The notes below the pieces were generated by a model. That model was not told the origin of the DNA. It made no database searches and worked only from the letters and a program-made list of their open reading frames with translations. From the human T2T-CHM13v2.0 reference genome, Homo sapiens: a stretch of DNA of 64,000 nt. The stretch lies in assembly GCF_009914755.1 (NCBI RefSeq), contig NC_060938.1; one strand, written 5' to 3'. The translations under genes and the position numbers were made by a program. Positions 1 through 13,597 of this stretch are shown one piece after another (the first letter of the stretch is position 1; the number at the start of each line of letters is the position of its first letter).

Positions 1-1514
1 TAGCTGTGTTTAGTAAAGCATCCCAGATTGGCTTCTGCTAGTATAATACTTAACAGGATTGGAAGAAAATCCTGCATAAATGTGATTAGTGACCCTTACC
101 TCCCTTTGTCCTTTTCTCCATTCCTGCCTACTATCAATAATTAATTGAGTCATTCAAAAAATATTGATTGCATCATAACCTTGTGTCAAACACTGTACTA
201 GGCCCTGGGGAAATAATCCAGGCATGCTATCTCACCACCATTGTAAAGCTTTAGAATTGTAGTTCCAATGCTATCAAGGAAGATTTCAGACGTTATTGAA
301 TGAATTTATACTGAACACAATCTTTAAAGTCATGAAAAAAACAGCCACAATGGATTGACATATATTCTGTTAGAGTCAGTTGGGTAACCCACTTTCTTCT
401 TGTTCTATGGTGGTTTGGGAGCAGAATTGGGAACAACAAGATTTCTGGTCATTTTTGTTCCTTTGTTTGAGATGTGTGGGGAGATGGGTGAGAAGATAAT
501 AGGGACTAGGAATTGCTTAAAACAACATTTTGAAAGAAAACTATGAACGGACTTGCTGTGCAGTTTCCCTATTTGCTCAAAGCTCTTCAGATAAGCAGTC
601 ACAAAAGTATCTATTTTCAGATTAAATGAACAAGAGAGATGTGCATGTAAGTTCTGCTATGGGTTGAAAATTGTGCATAGTTTATTATACATCTAGTTAA
701 TGTATGCATAATCATGGGTAACAAATGATCAGCAAGAACACAGCTGGGTTTAAACTTTCTTTTCTAAATCCCTTCTCACTAAGGGTTGTTGAAAACCCCA
801 GAGTAGCTAATAAAATACATTAAAACTGATACTGAAAATGGTGACAGATACTAACAGCAGCATCTTCTTGAAATTAAATTTCTTCTTTTAGGTCCTTTAG
901 CGGCTATTGCTTCTCTTCTGAGTGAACTTATTCTTTCATGAACTATTCTGGCATTGTCATTTCCACATATCAGGGCCCTGAGAGCATTTGCTCCAAGTTT
1001 ATTTGAGGTGTGGTTTTGTTGTCATTGTTGCTGTTTAGTTTTAACCAATTTTATTTCCAACAATACCTTGCTTTATCTATTCAGTCTGAAAAATGCTTCC
1101 TGTAGCTACTTATTAGCAGGGAGCGACTTCTCTCTTTTTTTTCTGTGCACTCTCATAGTGTGAGATTTTTTTCTTGTAATAAAAAATATATAGAGAAGAG
1201 AAGACTTTTCCCTCTGAATTGTTTCCAGATTGAAGTGAAAATGGAGTCTCCCATTGTTGGAAGCACAGCTGCTGCCACATGTTCTGTGTCTGCTCCTGTG
1301 TCCTCACTGATGGGAGGGGCTTACTGGTATCATGTTTAGCCATTTTCATGCCGTGTTGTGAGCTGGCTTGGTTCTCTCCCCTCACGGCCCCTACAAAATC
1401 AGTCACTCCATGGCCTGGTGAGACCTGGGTGGATTGATGGGACACGTGTGATTCGAGGATAGCCTAGGCTTGCTGATGGCCACCAGCAGTGGCGTCTGGG
1501 TGGGAAAGATGAGA

Positions 1515-1534
1515 CACACACACTCTCTCTCTCT
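1515..1534. repeat. (CA)n/(CT)n compound microsatellite
   Basis: acacacacactctctctctc read directly. Confidence 0.8.
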
Positions 1535-1759
1535 GTCTGTTAGCTCTCCTGTTGAAATTTAGAATTGGGGAAATTCAGAGACTGGGCAGGTTAGCTTTGG
1601 AAACTGATTTGAAAGGCCACAAAGTAGACTTGGGACTAGGACAGCAATGACAGGCTGAAATTATGAGGATGAAGATCAAGAGAATAGGGAGAACAAAGCA
1701 GTGATGCACTGAGAAGGTGTGAGTAGTGCTCCATGCAGTTCGTGAGAAAAAGGAAGAAA

Positions 1760-1808
1760 GACAGACAGACACACACACACGCATACAAGTTTATACACAG
1801 ACTCACAC
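1760..1808. repeat. (GACA)n/(CA)n microsatellite
   Basis: gacagacagacacacacacacgcatac... Confidence 0.75.
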
Positions 1809-2913
1809 AAAAGCCACCTCAGTTCCTGACTGCTTTTGCTTCCAATTTCGGTTTACCCATGTCTCTTATCTTGGGGCACCTTGAATGAACTGCCTCTGCC
1901 CCTTATGGCCAAATGAGCCTTGACAACATCAGTGAAGCCTGATGAACTTATGTTGAATATTGTGACACTATGGATAATAGTATTACAGAAACCAAGATAA
2001 GTTAACTGGAGGATATCCAATGTAATTGTTACCCTCCCACTACCATTTCCCAATCATAAAAATGTCTTGTGAATGCCTTGACTACATGTCTGTAGTTGAA
2101 AAACTGAATGTCTGTAGTTGAAAAACCACTGGAAATTGTTTTCTTCCTTGTTACCAATGTCCATAAAAAAATCAGATGCCACTAATATCAGAACTCAGAA
2201 GTCCTTATTATATAGTCCTTTATTATTAATTCATTTTAATGAATACGGAACTAAAAAGTTGTTATGTGTGATATAAAAATAAGCTATAATGAAGTTTTGT
2301 GCTGAATATATGATCTGGAAACCACTAGACATTTGTGTTTCATTCGCATAGCGTGCTGGTTGCCATTAAATTACTCTTGGTAGGGAATGCCATGTTCTGA
2401 TGGCAGCTGAATGTAGAATTCTATCTTCTTTATGGTAAAGGGGAAGAAGTGTGTTTGAGAGCATTTACATGTATATCTTACTCTTCATTTGTGTGGTTGC
2501 TTCTCTTGGTAGAATATGGTTTGGCAAGGGGCTATCATAAAACTTTTATTTTGGCAAGTGTAAGATATCACTCATAAGTAAGGCAGATCTTCCCAAACAA
2601 GTTGCTATATAAAATTTAAAGCATCAGTGTTCATTCACATATTTCTCCTATGCAGTATGTTTATCCTCTTTTGTTAGCTTTCCATGCTTTTGTCATCATT
2701 TTTCTTTCCTTCTTCTGTCTTCTCTTCAGCTGTTCTAGAAGTAGTGGATGACTTAGATCAGGGTGCAACATAATGTCATCTGTAAATATATGAAGGTAAA
2801 TATCTCCTGGGGATACACTTCATGTGGTCCAGTGGATAACAGACATTCATGTGTGTTATTAATATCCATGTATTTGGCCATCTTTAGTCTATAGTCTCTA
2901 CTCAGCCCCTCTA

Positions 2914-2935
2914 ACACACACACACACACACGCAC
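2914..2935. repeat. (CA)n microsatellite
   Basis: acacacacacacacacacgcac. Confidence 0.85.
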
Positions 2936-5319
2936 CAACCTAGTTTTAATTGAGCTAGAAACTGCATTGTTTGTTCAGGCAATGAAAAGGAAAAAGTTCT
3001 TAGGGTAGGGTAATTCTAATGGTAAATTTTTTTCCTTTAGAATTTTTAACTGCACTAGGCACACTGAATTCAGTGCTAGAGGCAGCCATTGTACTGTGAG
3101 GAGATATTATTTGTCTCATTAGCACTATGGGAATGCCATGAAAGGGTCCATGACCCAGAACCCATCTTGCTTTAATAATGGCTTCACACTCATAAAAGAT
3201 TTTTAATGGCTACATGAGACATATATAAATATTAAATGCCATTCCTCTTTGTTGATTCACAAGCCCCAATGAATAGGACTCCTTCGTGGCTTCCAAAGTT
3301 GAAGAAATGTGCCTGGCTTCTCACGCCAATGAGTGAAGCAAACAAACCCACAAACGGAAACACCTCAACTGTGCCCTGCTAACCCATTTGTAAACCTGAG
3401 AACACTGCGAGTCTTTAGCTCTTGTTGGCTGCCTTGCGTTCTCTGACTCGGAAACAAAATTTCTGTCTGTTGTATACCTGTTCCAAATCCTGCTCTAGGA
3501 GAATTAGGAAAACATGGTCACATATGTGTAACGAGACATTTTTCCCAAATGTAACTTTATGGTTTTCATCAAAACTTAGTTCATTTGCTTTGGTCCCCCG
3601 GCCACAGCATTGCAACTCCAGAGATGGACTATATCCCTATGCAAAAGAGCATTTTGTGCGTATATTTAAATTTGGATAGACCAGCGCTCACAGTTCATCT
3701 GTATACTTAGATTTCGGTAAGAACTCAGGATCCTGGTGATGCCATTGCTCTTTTCCCAAGGCCTTGTGCTGGAGTGTAACATTACATGAAAATCGGTGCT
3801 GTTTGTTTAATCAGAGTCCCCCCAAGGTTAGCACCTGCCATCCTACTGCCTAATTGTATGATGATCCTGTGTGGATGACAAGACCCCAAAGAACTGTATT
3901 TGCCATATTTTTCTTGCCTTCCGATGTGGATGTCAGGTCTATACCATTTAAAGATGCCTTTATTTACGAAAGGGAAATTGAGTTACAGACTTCCTGTTGT
4001 GAGTAGAGCTGCCTGGGGAAAATGATGGTAGAAAGGTGTTCTCAAGGAGAGAGCCAGAATATGTGAGCCCAGAAGCACTTGGGGTTTGGCAAACTTTATA
4101 TTCTTTTTTTTAATATTTGGGGTTCAGCAGAGCCAGAAATGTATTTTGCTCAAAGTACCATTTTCCTTTCATTTTCCAAAACCGTGTATATTCTAGGGAA
4201 ATTTAATCCGTGTATTTTGGAATCATTTAACTCTCATTCATCAAAATATTGCATGGTAAACACTAGATCTGGGTTCAAGAAATCTCTTGAGCTCTTTGAT
4301 AAGCAATTTTTTTTCTTTGAACCTGGAAGTAAAAATTCTCTTTGAATGAACCCAGAGAAGTACAGAGCATACTTCTCAGATTATCTCCCAGACAGAGTGG
4401 GGAGCTTTCCATGTGTCTACTATAAAGCAATGATGGGAACAAGGCTTTCTGGGGGCAAGGCCTTCAGAAACAGACCTTGGACATATATGGGCTTTTCCAT
4501 TGAGGACTTCTAGCACCCCATTTAGCTCAGTCAGACTTAGATCTTTTCTGTTGCAACAACAGCCCCAAGTTAGTTCCAGCCCGTGTCTTCTGAAGTGCTT
4601 CTGAACCCTACAATCTTGTCTTTATTTAAAATTATATTTTGCTCAACCTGGGGTTTTATACATTAAATTTTCCTTTGAAGTACGGTATTGAAATATTATT
4701 TGATTACTGAGTTTTTTGGTGCCCTCTTAAGTTTTGTGCCTGAAGTCCATGCCTCATTGGCTTTGCACCTGGGCAGCCCCCTCTTCTTCCTGCTGTGGCT
4801 CACTCCATCTGAGGCATACCAGTGTGCAGAATGGGAGGAGCATGGCAGTTGAGAAACTCTGCTCAAGCCTACTTCTGAGTTTGGTTCAACCAGGCTTTCT
4901 CTGCTTGGGGACCAGATGGCCTGTACCCAGTGTGTCTACTCACGTGCCACTTGTCCCATATGTCTCAGTTAGTGCTGAGGCCATGGAGTTTGCAATTTTT
5001 CTTTGGTCAGGAGGTTGTCTGTACAGTGCAGAATAAGAATAGAATAAAGGCACCTGTTTCTGGGGCATAGCCTTTTCCCATCGAAATGATTACTTTAATC
5101 TCATACAGATTGGAAACAAGGAACATTTCATCCACTCTATTATTCATCCCAGTGAACCAAAGGAATGGGAAAAAAATTGTTCTAGGTCACACAGAGTCTT
5201 GTCAAGATTGGCTTTAAATTCGAGGACTTTCTAGTCACAGTTGATGGCTTAATTGTAAAAGACACTGCCAGCAATGACTGAAGAGTGCCAGATCCTGGGT
5301 TCTGTGTCTTCTTAGGTGC

Positions 5320-5500
5320 ACTGTGTCATTTAATCCTTACAACAATCTGAGGTCAGAACTATTATTATCCCTATTTACAGATTAGAAAACTGGAGTTTAC
5401 AGAATTTAAATAACTTCCCCAACATTACCCACCTAGGTAATAGTGGAATCCAGAACTTTCTCACTCAAAGCTCTGGTTCTTATTCATTGTTCTGCCCACC
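5320..5500 (-). mobile_element. MIR SINE
   Basis: MIR core: catttaatccttacaacaa...attatccctatttacagattagaaaactggag; boundaries approximate. Confidence 0.75.
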
Positions 5501-7926
5501 TCCTGTCATGTAATCCAAACATTGGGAAAAAAGGCAGTTTCCCCTCTTTTGTGGGGAATGCTGGTCACAGTGTTTTCCATATTAAGACACTGAATAAATT
5601 CTATAATTCTTTCATTAAAGTTTTGATTTCTACGGTTTTTTCCCCAGATTTTAAAGAAAAAATCCTCAGTGTCTAAATTAAAGCAAAGCCAAGTTCTTTT
5701 CCTTTCCCATGTCCCAGCTTTCACAATGCTTTTCTTCTAGAGTTCAGAAGCCAAGGGTCATCTAAGCAGCTGCCCCTATCTGGTTTCTGCAAGTCTAGAT
5801 GGAATAAGACAGATAGCAATTTATTGTACATTTTTTGGGATGGGTGGAGAGATAGGAAGCTCTAAAGAATTCACATTCATCTGGCAACAACAAGAATGCT
5901 TGTCTGCTATCCTTAAGATCCAGGGTTTAGACCTACAAAGCATTCTTTGATAGCTCCTGCTCTGAATGCAGTGTGGACCCTGCGAGGAATTCCTAGCAGC
6001 TCTGCTCTGGTCATTTCCTTCTGGGAAGGCTTTTCACCTGGCCTCCAAAGCTCCACTGAGACCTGTCCCTAGATTATCTCTCCAATTAAGGCCCAAGTTA
6101 ATAGACTTCCCTTATTTCTTAGACATCTGGTTTAGAGCTTGGTGCCTTGGGAATCGCCAAGTTCTGCCCTCATGTGGACATCCCAACCTTGTGAAATTCA
6201 AATGTGGAGGAGTTCTTTCACTAACAAGGCAGCTTAATGGGCCTGGGATTAAAAGCACAGCGGCCTGTGTCCAGGACTAGTTATATAAGAGAACCTCCAA
6301 GAGAGGACATGTTTTCTCCAAATAAATAAGGCAAAGAGGCTACACTCACTAGTGCCACAGCTGGGGAGCAACTGTGAGCAATGAATTTCTCATGCTAACA
6401 AATCCAAGCTCTTTGGAAAACAGATGCTGAGCGCTGGGACTGGCACTGGATCTCCCCTGGCAGGAACTGCAAAGATTCAGAGATGGAAGGGTATCTAGAA
6501 ATCATTTGTTCATAAACACAGCTGAGGGACCGCAACCTGCTTTTATGCCCTGCCTGGGCTGCCCTGGTGGATCTCTTCCATGCAGTGTTTCTATGAGGAA
6601 GAAGGCAGACATGCAAGCTTTCTGCAGCCCACGCTGTACAGAAATAATTAAACAGTTTTTCTTAACCTCTTGAACTTTTCATTTATTATTGCCATCCATT
6701 ATGTCTACCTTCTCAAATCGCAGAATCCCAAAACTGAGCTCTGGGGTCAAGGGTTTATTGTTTAATGGAGATAGAACATTTTGTAAATTGCACAAAGTCA
6801 CAATGTTTATAATAGAAGCTTCTGGTGTACTGAATCTTTTCCATTTAACAAACAGTGAGCTTTGACATGTGTTCTTCCTACATAGCAAGAAATCTGGGGT
6901 AAGTGCAGTACTGGCATGAATGCATTACCAAATCCTTCCTGTAAACCAAGTGACATCTGCAGTCAAATAAAAACATTCCTTCCACCAAATACCAGGAAAT
7001 TCTAAAAGTATCACTATTCTTCTAAGGTCATGCTAAAATGAAGTTTTGGCTTTTAGAACACAGAGTAAGGATGAAGAAGGCCAACATTTTTGTCCAATAC
7101 ACATTTGTTGCTACAAGTCCTTGGGGACAACCTCCTGTTTCAAATATGAACATGTGTATGGAGAATTATTCCTAGGATTTAACCTTCAAATGAAAAGTGT
7201 AAATATTTTAAGAAAATGTATTAATGTTAAAAAATATTTCTGTTGTCTTTGTTTTTGCTAGAATTTGTACTTTCCAGTCAGGAACGGATTTGCTTGAAAC
7301 AAAGCAAACATCCTCAAAAATGTACCCAGCCAAAATAACCAATGTATAAATACTTAGGATTAACAAAATATGAATATTCTTCAGTAAAGAAACTTGACCA
7401 AGAATTGGAAGTCCTTGGGAAATAACAGAAAAAAAAGTCTTAAACCTAAATTTTTAACCCTTTGTGTTGGAGCTCTAATCAATATATTTAAAGGAAATAA
7501 ATGTTTGTGCAACATATTCTCCTGCGTTTTTTGGGGGGGACTTAATATAAATTAATGCTAATATAAAACCTTTTGGACTATAAGTGTAGTTACTGAAAAC
7601 CAATGTAAAAAGTGACATTCCATGAGTGATTACCATAACTATTTTCTTAAGTCTTCACAATTGTCTCACAGCACCGGATATATTTTTGGCTATTTTTTAT
7701 GAGGTAAAAACACCTATAATACATACATTTTACATTTGTAATGGTTCAGGCAGCTTTCTCTGCAAAATTCTCCATTCCTGAACTTCCCTGGCAATGCTCA
7801 CTTAATTTTTTTCTCACTGTCTAAGTTTCTAAAAGAATTTTGTAGTATTTAGTGTTTGCCTCAATGGACTCTTGCTTACTGTGGGCCAAGCAAGACCTCG
7901 CAGGATTCAGGCTCACCATTGCAAAT

Positions 7927-7945
7927 TGGCCAGCAGGTGTCACTG
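7927..7945 (+). promoter_or_regulatory. Candidate CTCF binding site
   Basis: TGGCCAGCAGGTGTCACTG has one mismatch to the core CCASYAGRKGGCRS and lies in unique sequence. Confidence 0.5.
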
Positions 7946-8949
7946 TGGGTTTGGGTGGTAACCCAACTGACTACAGAAAAGAATGACTGATGAAGGGGAG
8001 TAATAAGAAAAGGAGAGAAAGGGAAATACAAAAGCAGGTTCTTAGAGGAAGAGAAAAGTGAATTAAAGATCGCTGATGTTTCCATAGACCTTTTCTCTAG
8101 GATTTCAGTGTTCTTTTGTACCACCTCCCTGGTTCTTGTTAGCCCAGATAGGAATTCACTTGCATAAGATCTGTTGATTCTGAGTTAGTCACTAAGGATA
8201 ACTTCACTAAATAAAATAGCAACAGAGATGAGCAAAGTTGGGAAGAGCTGGATTCCTGCAGCCTGTTCCCGACTGCTCAGGCCTTGCCTCTGGGCTTCGT
8301 TGCTGTACGTTTTTTTGAACCATAGGCCCCTTTGTTTAACCTCAGAAATGTACAAAGTCTCTCAGCTTTTAAATAGGTCATAGACTTGTGGCCCAGAATA
8401 AGATTTTGGCTATCCCTAACCGTTCAGTAGTAAAATAAATCCTACTGTTTCATTACTTAAAGGGGCATCTTGGCCTGGAAAGTTGGTCCTTGTATCTCTC
8501 AAAGATTTGGATTGCTCATTTTCAACAAAGCTAGCCTGTTCAAGTCACATCTCTTTCTGAGTGCGTGGAATTTCTTAATAAATAAAATTTCAATTTGTAA
8601 AATTAACACATATTTCTTGAACACCTGTCAACTTTTAAGAATAGCTGGCCATAAAAACTCTCTGTACAACGAGGAATTCACAGATGGCCTAATTTGAATA
8701 ACAGGCTATAAATTGATTTCTTTTTTGGCTTGATATGTGAAAACAGCATCCATATTGTTGGTGCAGAGAGCAGGCAGTTTGTTAAAAAAAAAAAAAAAAG
8801 GATGCATGACTTGACTTCTCCAAATAAGGCATAACGTGTGTGAAATATCTTAATTGTAGTCAAGTTCTGAAGAAAACAAAGCAGAAAAAGGCTTTAAAGA
8901 AAAACAGTAAGTTTTCTACCTTCTGGAGAACCTTTGTGCCACTGTAACA

Positions 8950-9180
8950 ATTTTATTTTTTATTTTTATTTTATTTTATTTTTGAGATGGAGTCTTGCTC
9001 TGTCACCCAGGCTGGAGTGCAGTGGCACCATCTCAGTTCACTTCAGCCTCCGCTTCCCCGGCTCAAGTGATTCTCCTGCCTCAGTCTCCTGAGTAGCTGG
9101 GATTACAGGCGTGCACCACCATGCCTAGCTAATTTTTGTATTTTTAGTAGAGATGGGGTTTCACCATGTTGGCCAGGATG
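8950..9180 (-). mobile_element. AluS, 5'-truncated, with 10-bp TSD
   Basis: Poly-T/(TTTTA)n, then the antisense Alu right arm, linker and part of the left arm; TSD CACTGTAACA at 8940-8949 and 9181-9190. Confidence 0.95.
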
Positions 9181-10059
9181 CACTGTAACACCTTAATGTC
9201 TTCTCTGTTCCATCTCACATCATGGACTACCATCACATGATGATGTCATGATACCTCATGGCTGGAGACTGGACCCAGGAGGGTTAGAAACAAAAGCAAT
9301 TCCTCTGTTATGAACATCCTGCAGTTTATATCTGATTTTAATTTCCTTACCTTTAAGTGTACATACATTAAGTTTCTTAATGATCCTTCTTCTAGTGCTG
9401 ATTCTAATGATTAAAACTATAATGTTAAGAAAAAAGAAAAGAGGATAAATTTGCAGGTTCAAAAACATTTAGAAAACTTAACTACAAAGTATGAACACTT
9501 AGTTGCCATCTAGCTTAGTCATCTATTCACAGAGATTAATAATTCTGGAGGAGGCTGGTTTGGTTCCACAGAAGATGATACAAGAGATGGCTTATAACTC
9601 TTCGTGAAAGTTCTTCAGGAAGTCCATGCATTCATATATATGCCCCCTTCCCAATTCTCATTTGTGTATAAGGATAGGTCATTAATGTAACATTGTTTTC
9701 TCTGGTGCTCAAAGATTAAGGTTCACTTTTGCTTAGGATTTCTGGCAGAACATGTAGGAATCATAGCAACAGGCACTACAAGCACAAGCAGCTGATGGGT
9801 GTGGAGTGGGAGAAGAGAAAGAGGGAAGAGGGATGTTAAGGTATAAAAATATTTATCCAGGGTAACAGAGTATCAACAGAATTCCTTTCAATTAGATGTA
9901 TACATCTGTGAGGAGTGGACTCCTTGGCCATTGGTTTATCCTTTGGAATAATGCCCCACCATTTCCATGACAACTTATTAGACAGTTAAAAAATAATAGT
10001 GAGCACAATTCTTTCTGAGCCACTATGCCCTTTGTCTACTATGACTGTTATTGCATCTG

Positions 10060-10270
10060 TAATCACATAATATGACTGGGTATCTTGTGTAGGTGTAAGT
10101 TATCTTGTGCACACATACTTCTGTGTCTGCTAAACTCCCCTCTCAACACACAAAAAGCCTAGTTTCTCTAGGATAGGAGTTGCATGTTATACATCTCAAA
10201 TCCCTGAAAACTTCTGCCTTGGTGCAAAGCATTTGGTGGGAATTCAATGAATCTTTGTTGAATGAATGAA
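10060..10270 (+). mobile_element. L2 3' end fragment
   Basis: Ends ...aatgaatctttgttgaatgaatgaa, a typical L2 tail. Confidence 0.55.
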
Positions 10271-12679
10271 AATTATAAAGGATACTTTTGTTTGGCAAAT
10301 GTTGGTATTGCTAGATTACTTTTATGTAGTCCATATAAATAATTCACTTCTTGTGGTTCCATATCCTGATGTGAAAATTATGCATTTACTGTGCTTTCAT
10401 AGATATTAATGGGGGCTATTAAAATCTAGAGATTATTTCTTGGTTGGTGGTCTTAGGCCTGGCATTGAATGAAAAAGACTTGAAATAAATTTTAATTTGT
10501 AAAAAGAATAAGTCTCTATGTATTGCTTTGTTAAAGTTTAGCAGTTTGCGCACATGATTTTTTGTATTTATTTCACAAAGAACAACAAAAAGACACTAAT
10601 TTTCCTTAATGTTAGTATTTAATATAAAAAAGAAAATAGAGTGGAGTATAAAGGGATAGAAACAACCCATCTGTCCTTGTGATATTTCCCCTTTAACATC
10701 AAATGTTTTGTTTAAAAAGTATAGTTTAAAAATGGAACTGTAAATGTAATGATCTAATTAAAAAATTTAAAGAAGGATTATATTTATGTGCCAGTACATC
10801 AGGTTTAGTTATTATGTACCAAATGCTATTATATTTCTGTTGGGAAAACATTTTTTAAAGTTATTTAAAGCATTATAGAATGTAGCAAATCAAGCCATTA
10901 CTTACACTTTTTGGTGGAGGGGGCAGTGTAAGGAAAATGTGTGGAAAAGGCTAATGTTTATGTATAATGATTTCATTATCATATTTCTACTCTCTTTGTC
11001 ATCCAGGGTAAACTCAAAGGACATGTCATGAATTCCTGAACCACAATAAATCTGTGAATGTCAGACACCGTGTGTGGGTAAAATGGATAATTTTCTGACC
11101 TTTAGTAAGCTTTCACTAGAGCAAAGGAAGTCCCTCAACATAATGTTTCCCCACTACAAAATACTGGCAGGAAGCCAAAGTATGCCCTTTGGCAAATCTC
11201 CAGTCTGGATAGTTTTCCTGTAGCGAGAAGACATTCATGAATCTGGCTGATGCTGTGAATTTTTTTTTTAAGAGAGCCTTCTGGAAAGACCTTTCCAATG
11301 TGTAACCTGCTGAGGGAGACGCAAGAACACATTAATCATGGATTTCTTCAAAAGAAATGTGGGGCTATCCTGCTCTAATTCAACAGGGCCATCTTCCTGC
11401 TCAGTGTGAGCCTCAATACTATCACAAAAATGCTGGTAGATAACTTAGGCATGGATCTAGCTGAAAACTAAGGCTATGGTAAAAACAAAAGTACAATTTC
11501 TCATCCTCAGAGATAGGGTTTGGCCATGGTTGGCTTCCTTCTGAAGGACAAAACTGATAGTTATGGAAATATGGGAGTAAATATATTGTTTATTATTATT
11601 TTCCTAAGTTTATCCAAAATCTCAAATTATTTCTGTCACTGTTTATAATTAGACCCATTGTCTTTTAAAATTATCTCAAAATAGAACGATCTTAGAGAAG
11701 TAACGCATGGTTAATTTAGTCCTGATCAACCTTAGAAGTGAAATATGTTTCCCTTTCACCTTTATTTCATCACTTTCCCTACTGTCAATTGGTTTGACAC
11801 TTTTAAAGAGTAGTAGAAGTTTAATTATTAGCTGTCCAAAAAACTTTTCTGAATATTTTCCTTTTCTCAGGTGGGTATTCAGAACATGATCTCTCCCCTG
11901 TCAACACAAAAAGAAACAAAATTAAGGACCTCTCACAAGTGCTTAGGTAATCTTTAAGCCTTTTGGTAGGTTTAGGACATTTCAGAATCACCTTGGTCTT
12001 ATCAACCAATACAATTGCTGAGATGATTTTCACATGTGCTCATGAATAATCTCCTATCTTTTGAAAATGTCAGAATCAAATAAAAAACACTGAGATCCAC
12101 AAATGAATTACTGGCCTAGCATAGGCCCACTTCTGGAGAGAATCAGATAAAGTTAAGAATTGCAGTAAAGAATACTAAAGTGTTTTTCTTTTAGGGCTCA
12201 GGTGTCTGGGCTGCTGAGACTTGCTAGGACATTTCCAGAAGCTGACCCAAAACCTGTATTTTGGTGTTACCTCCTGCCATTCCGCAAATTTACTCCATCA
12301 TCCAGACAATTCACACAGCTTGCTCTTCCTTTGTTCAGCGTCATTCCCTCAGCTTTGAGCATGCTCATTAACTTTATCCGAGCCAACTCAACCTTTGGAG
12401 ACTAGATAAAATGTACCACCTCCCCAAAGCCTTCTGCCCCATCCCAGGTCTAAGAAAGACTCAAGCCTCCCAACTCCTGGGGCACTTTGGATGATTCCAA
12501 TGGTAGTGACACAATCTGCTTTGCATAGGAATTACTTGTTTGTCTGACTTATAACCACAAGGCAAGTTTCTTGACACTGAGGACCATTTCTCATTTGTGT
12601 TTGTATCTCTACAAAATTGAGTACAGATTTCTCAGCCAACATTTGTTGAGAGATTAAAATTTGAAATTATTTTATTTTA

Positions 12680-12812
12680 TTGGTTTCTTTTTAGATTGTT
12701 CACTCAGCATATAGAAATGGTACTGATTTTAGTACATTGGTTTTGAATGCTGCAACTTTACTAACATTATCAGTTCTAACAGCTTTTTGGTGGAGTCTTT
12801 AGGTTTCTCTTA
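12680..12812 (-). mobile_element. L1M ORF2 fragment
   Basis: catatagaaatggtactgatttt...tgcaactttact...cagttctaacagctttttggtggagtctttaggttt matches antisense L1 ORF2. Confidence 0.8.
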
Positions 12813-13188
12813 ATGTAAATGTTGGGAATAAAATGATCAGATTTATTCCTTAAACATAAGGAGTCCTGTAGAGAACATGAACTGTTGTCTTGTTTTGCTC
12901 CCTTTAATCACTGACTCTTCATTTGTTTACTCATGCTTTTAACAAGCATTCGATTGACTTTTAAGGACGGCACTTAGGGGCTAAAGGGCTTGACAATACG
13001 TGGGAAAATACTGCAATTAAAATTAAGATGATAAAACACACTCTAAATAACATGAATATCGTTCATAATATATTAACAAAGAAGTGAAGCAGGTCCCATG
13101 CTGTACCATGCTGTGGCTTTTGCTAATTGCTTCTAGCGTTACTCTGTACCTTGGTGGCTGTTGGAACTCCTTTCTCTTGCATGCCCAC

Positions 13189-13597
13189 TGTGGTGGATGC
13201 TGTGCTGTACTGCTCAGGTCTCCCTTCAGGAGTAAAGGACTTATCATCCTGGATGCTGAGAGTGTCTTAAGCAGGCACCCTCAGTTGTGAGTCCTCTTAA
13301 GCTATTGTATCTCTTCCCAGAATGACCCCCATCTGATGATTGATGCTGGAATATAAAGGCCTCATTTCTCTTACCACAATTCAGGACAAATCTTAAGCAT
13401 TAACTCATCTTCAGAACTCCCTGTAGGGTTCTAAGGCTTCCATTGGGACTGCATTGCAGCTCAACTTCTCCTTCTACTCAATCTTGCTTCCTTCCCTCCT
13501 CTTCTCTTCTGCAGTTGTTTACTCTCAATAGTACTCCTTAATAATCTCTTGCATGCTACTCTGTGTCTCAGAGTCCACTTCCCCCAGCTACCACCTT
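13189..13597 (+). mobile_element. LTR16C-like ERVL solo LTR
   Basis: Starts TGTGGTGGATGCTGTG...CCCTTCAGGA; contains gggactgcattgcagctcaacttctccc and ends tgcatgcta...tctcagagtc. Confidence 0.75.

Noticed and set aside
1477-1497. CTCF-like TGGCCACCAGCAGTGGCGTC
   Set aside because: Needs a 1-nt gap or several mismatches to fit the core motif
3062-3075. 14-bp palindromes (CACTGAATTCAGTG; also CCTTAAGCTTAAGG at 35563-35576)
   Set aside because: A few such palindromes are expected by chance in 64 kb
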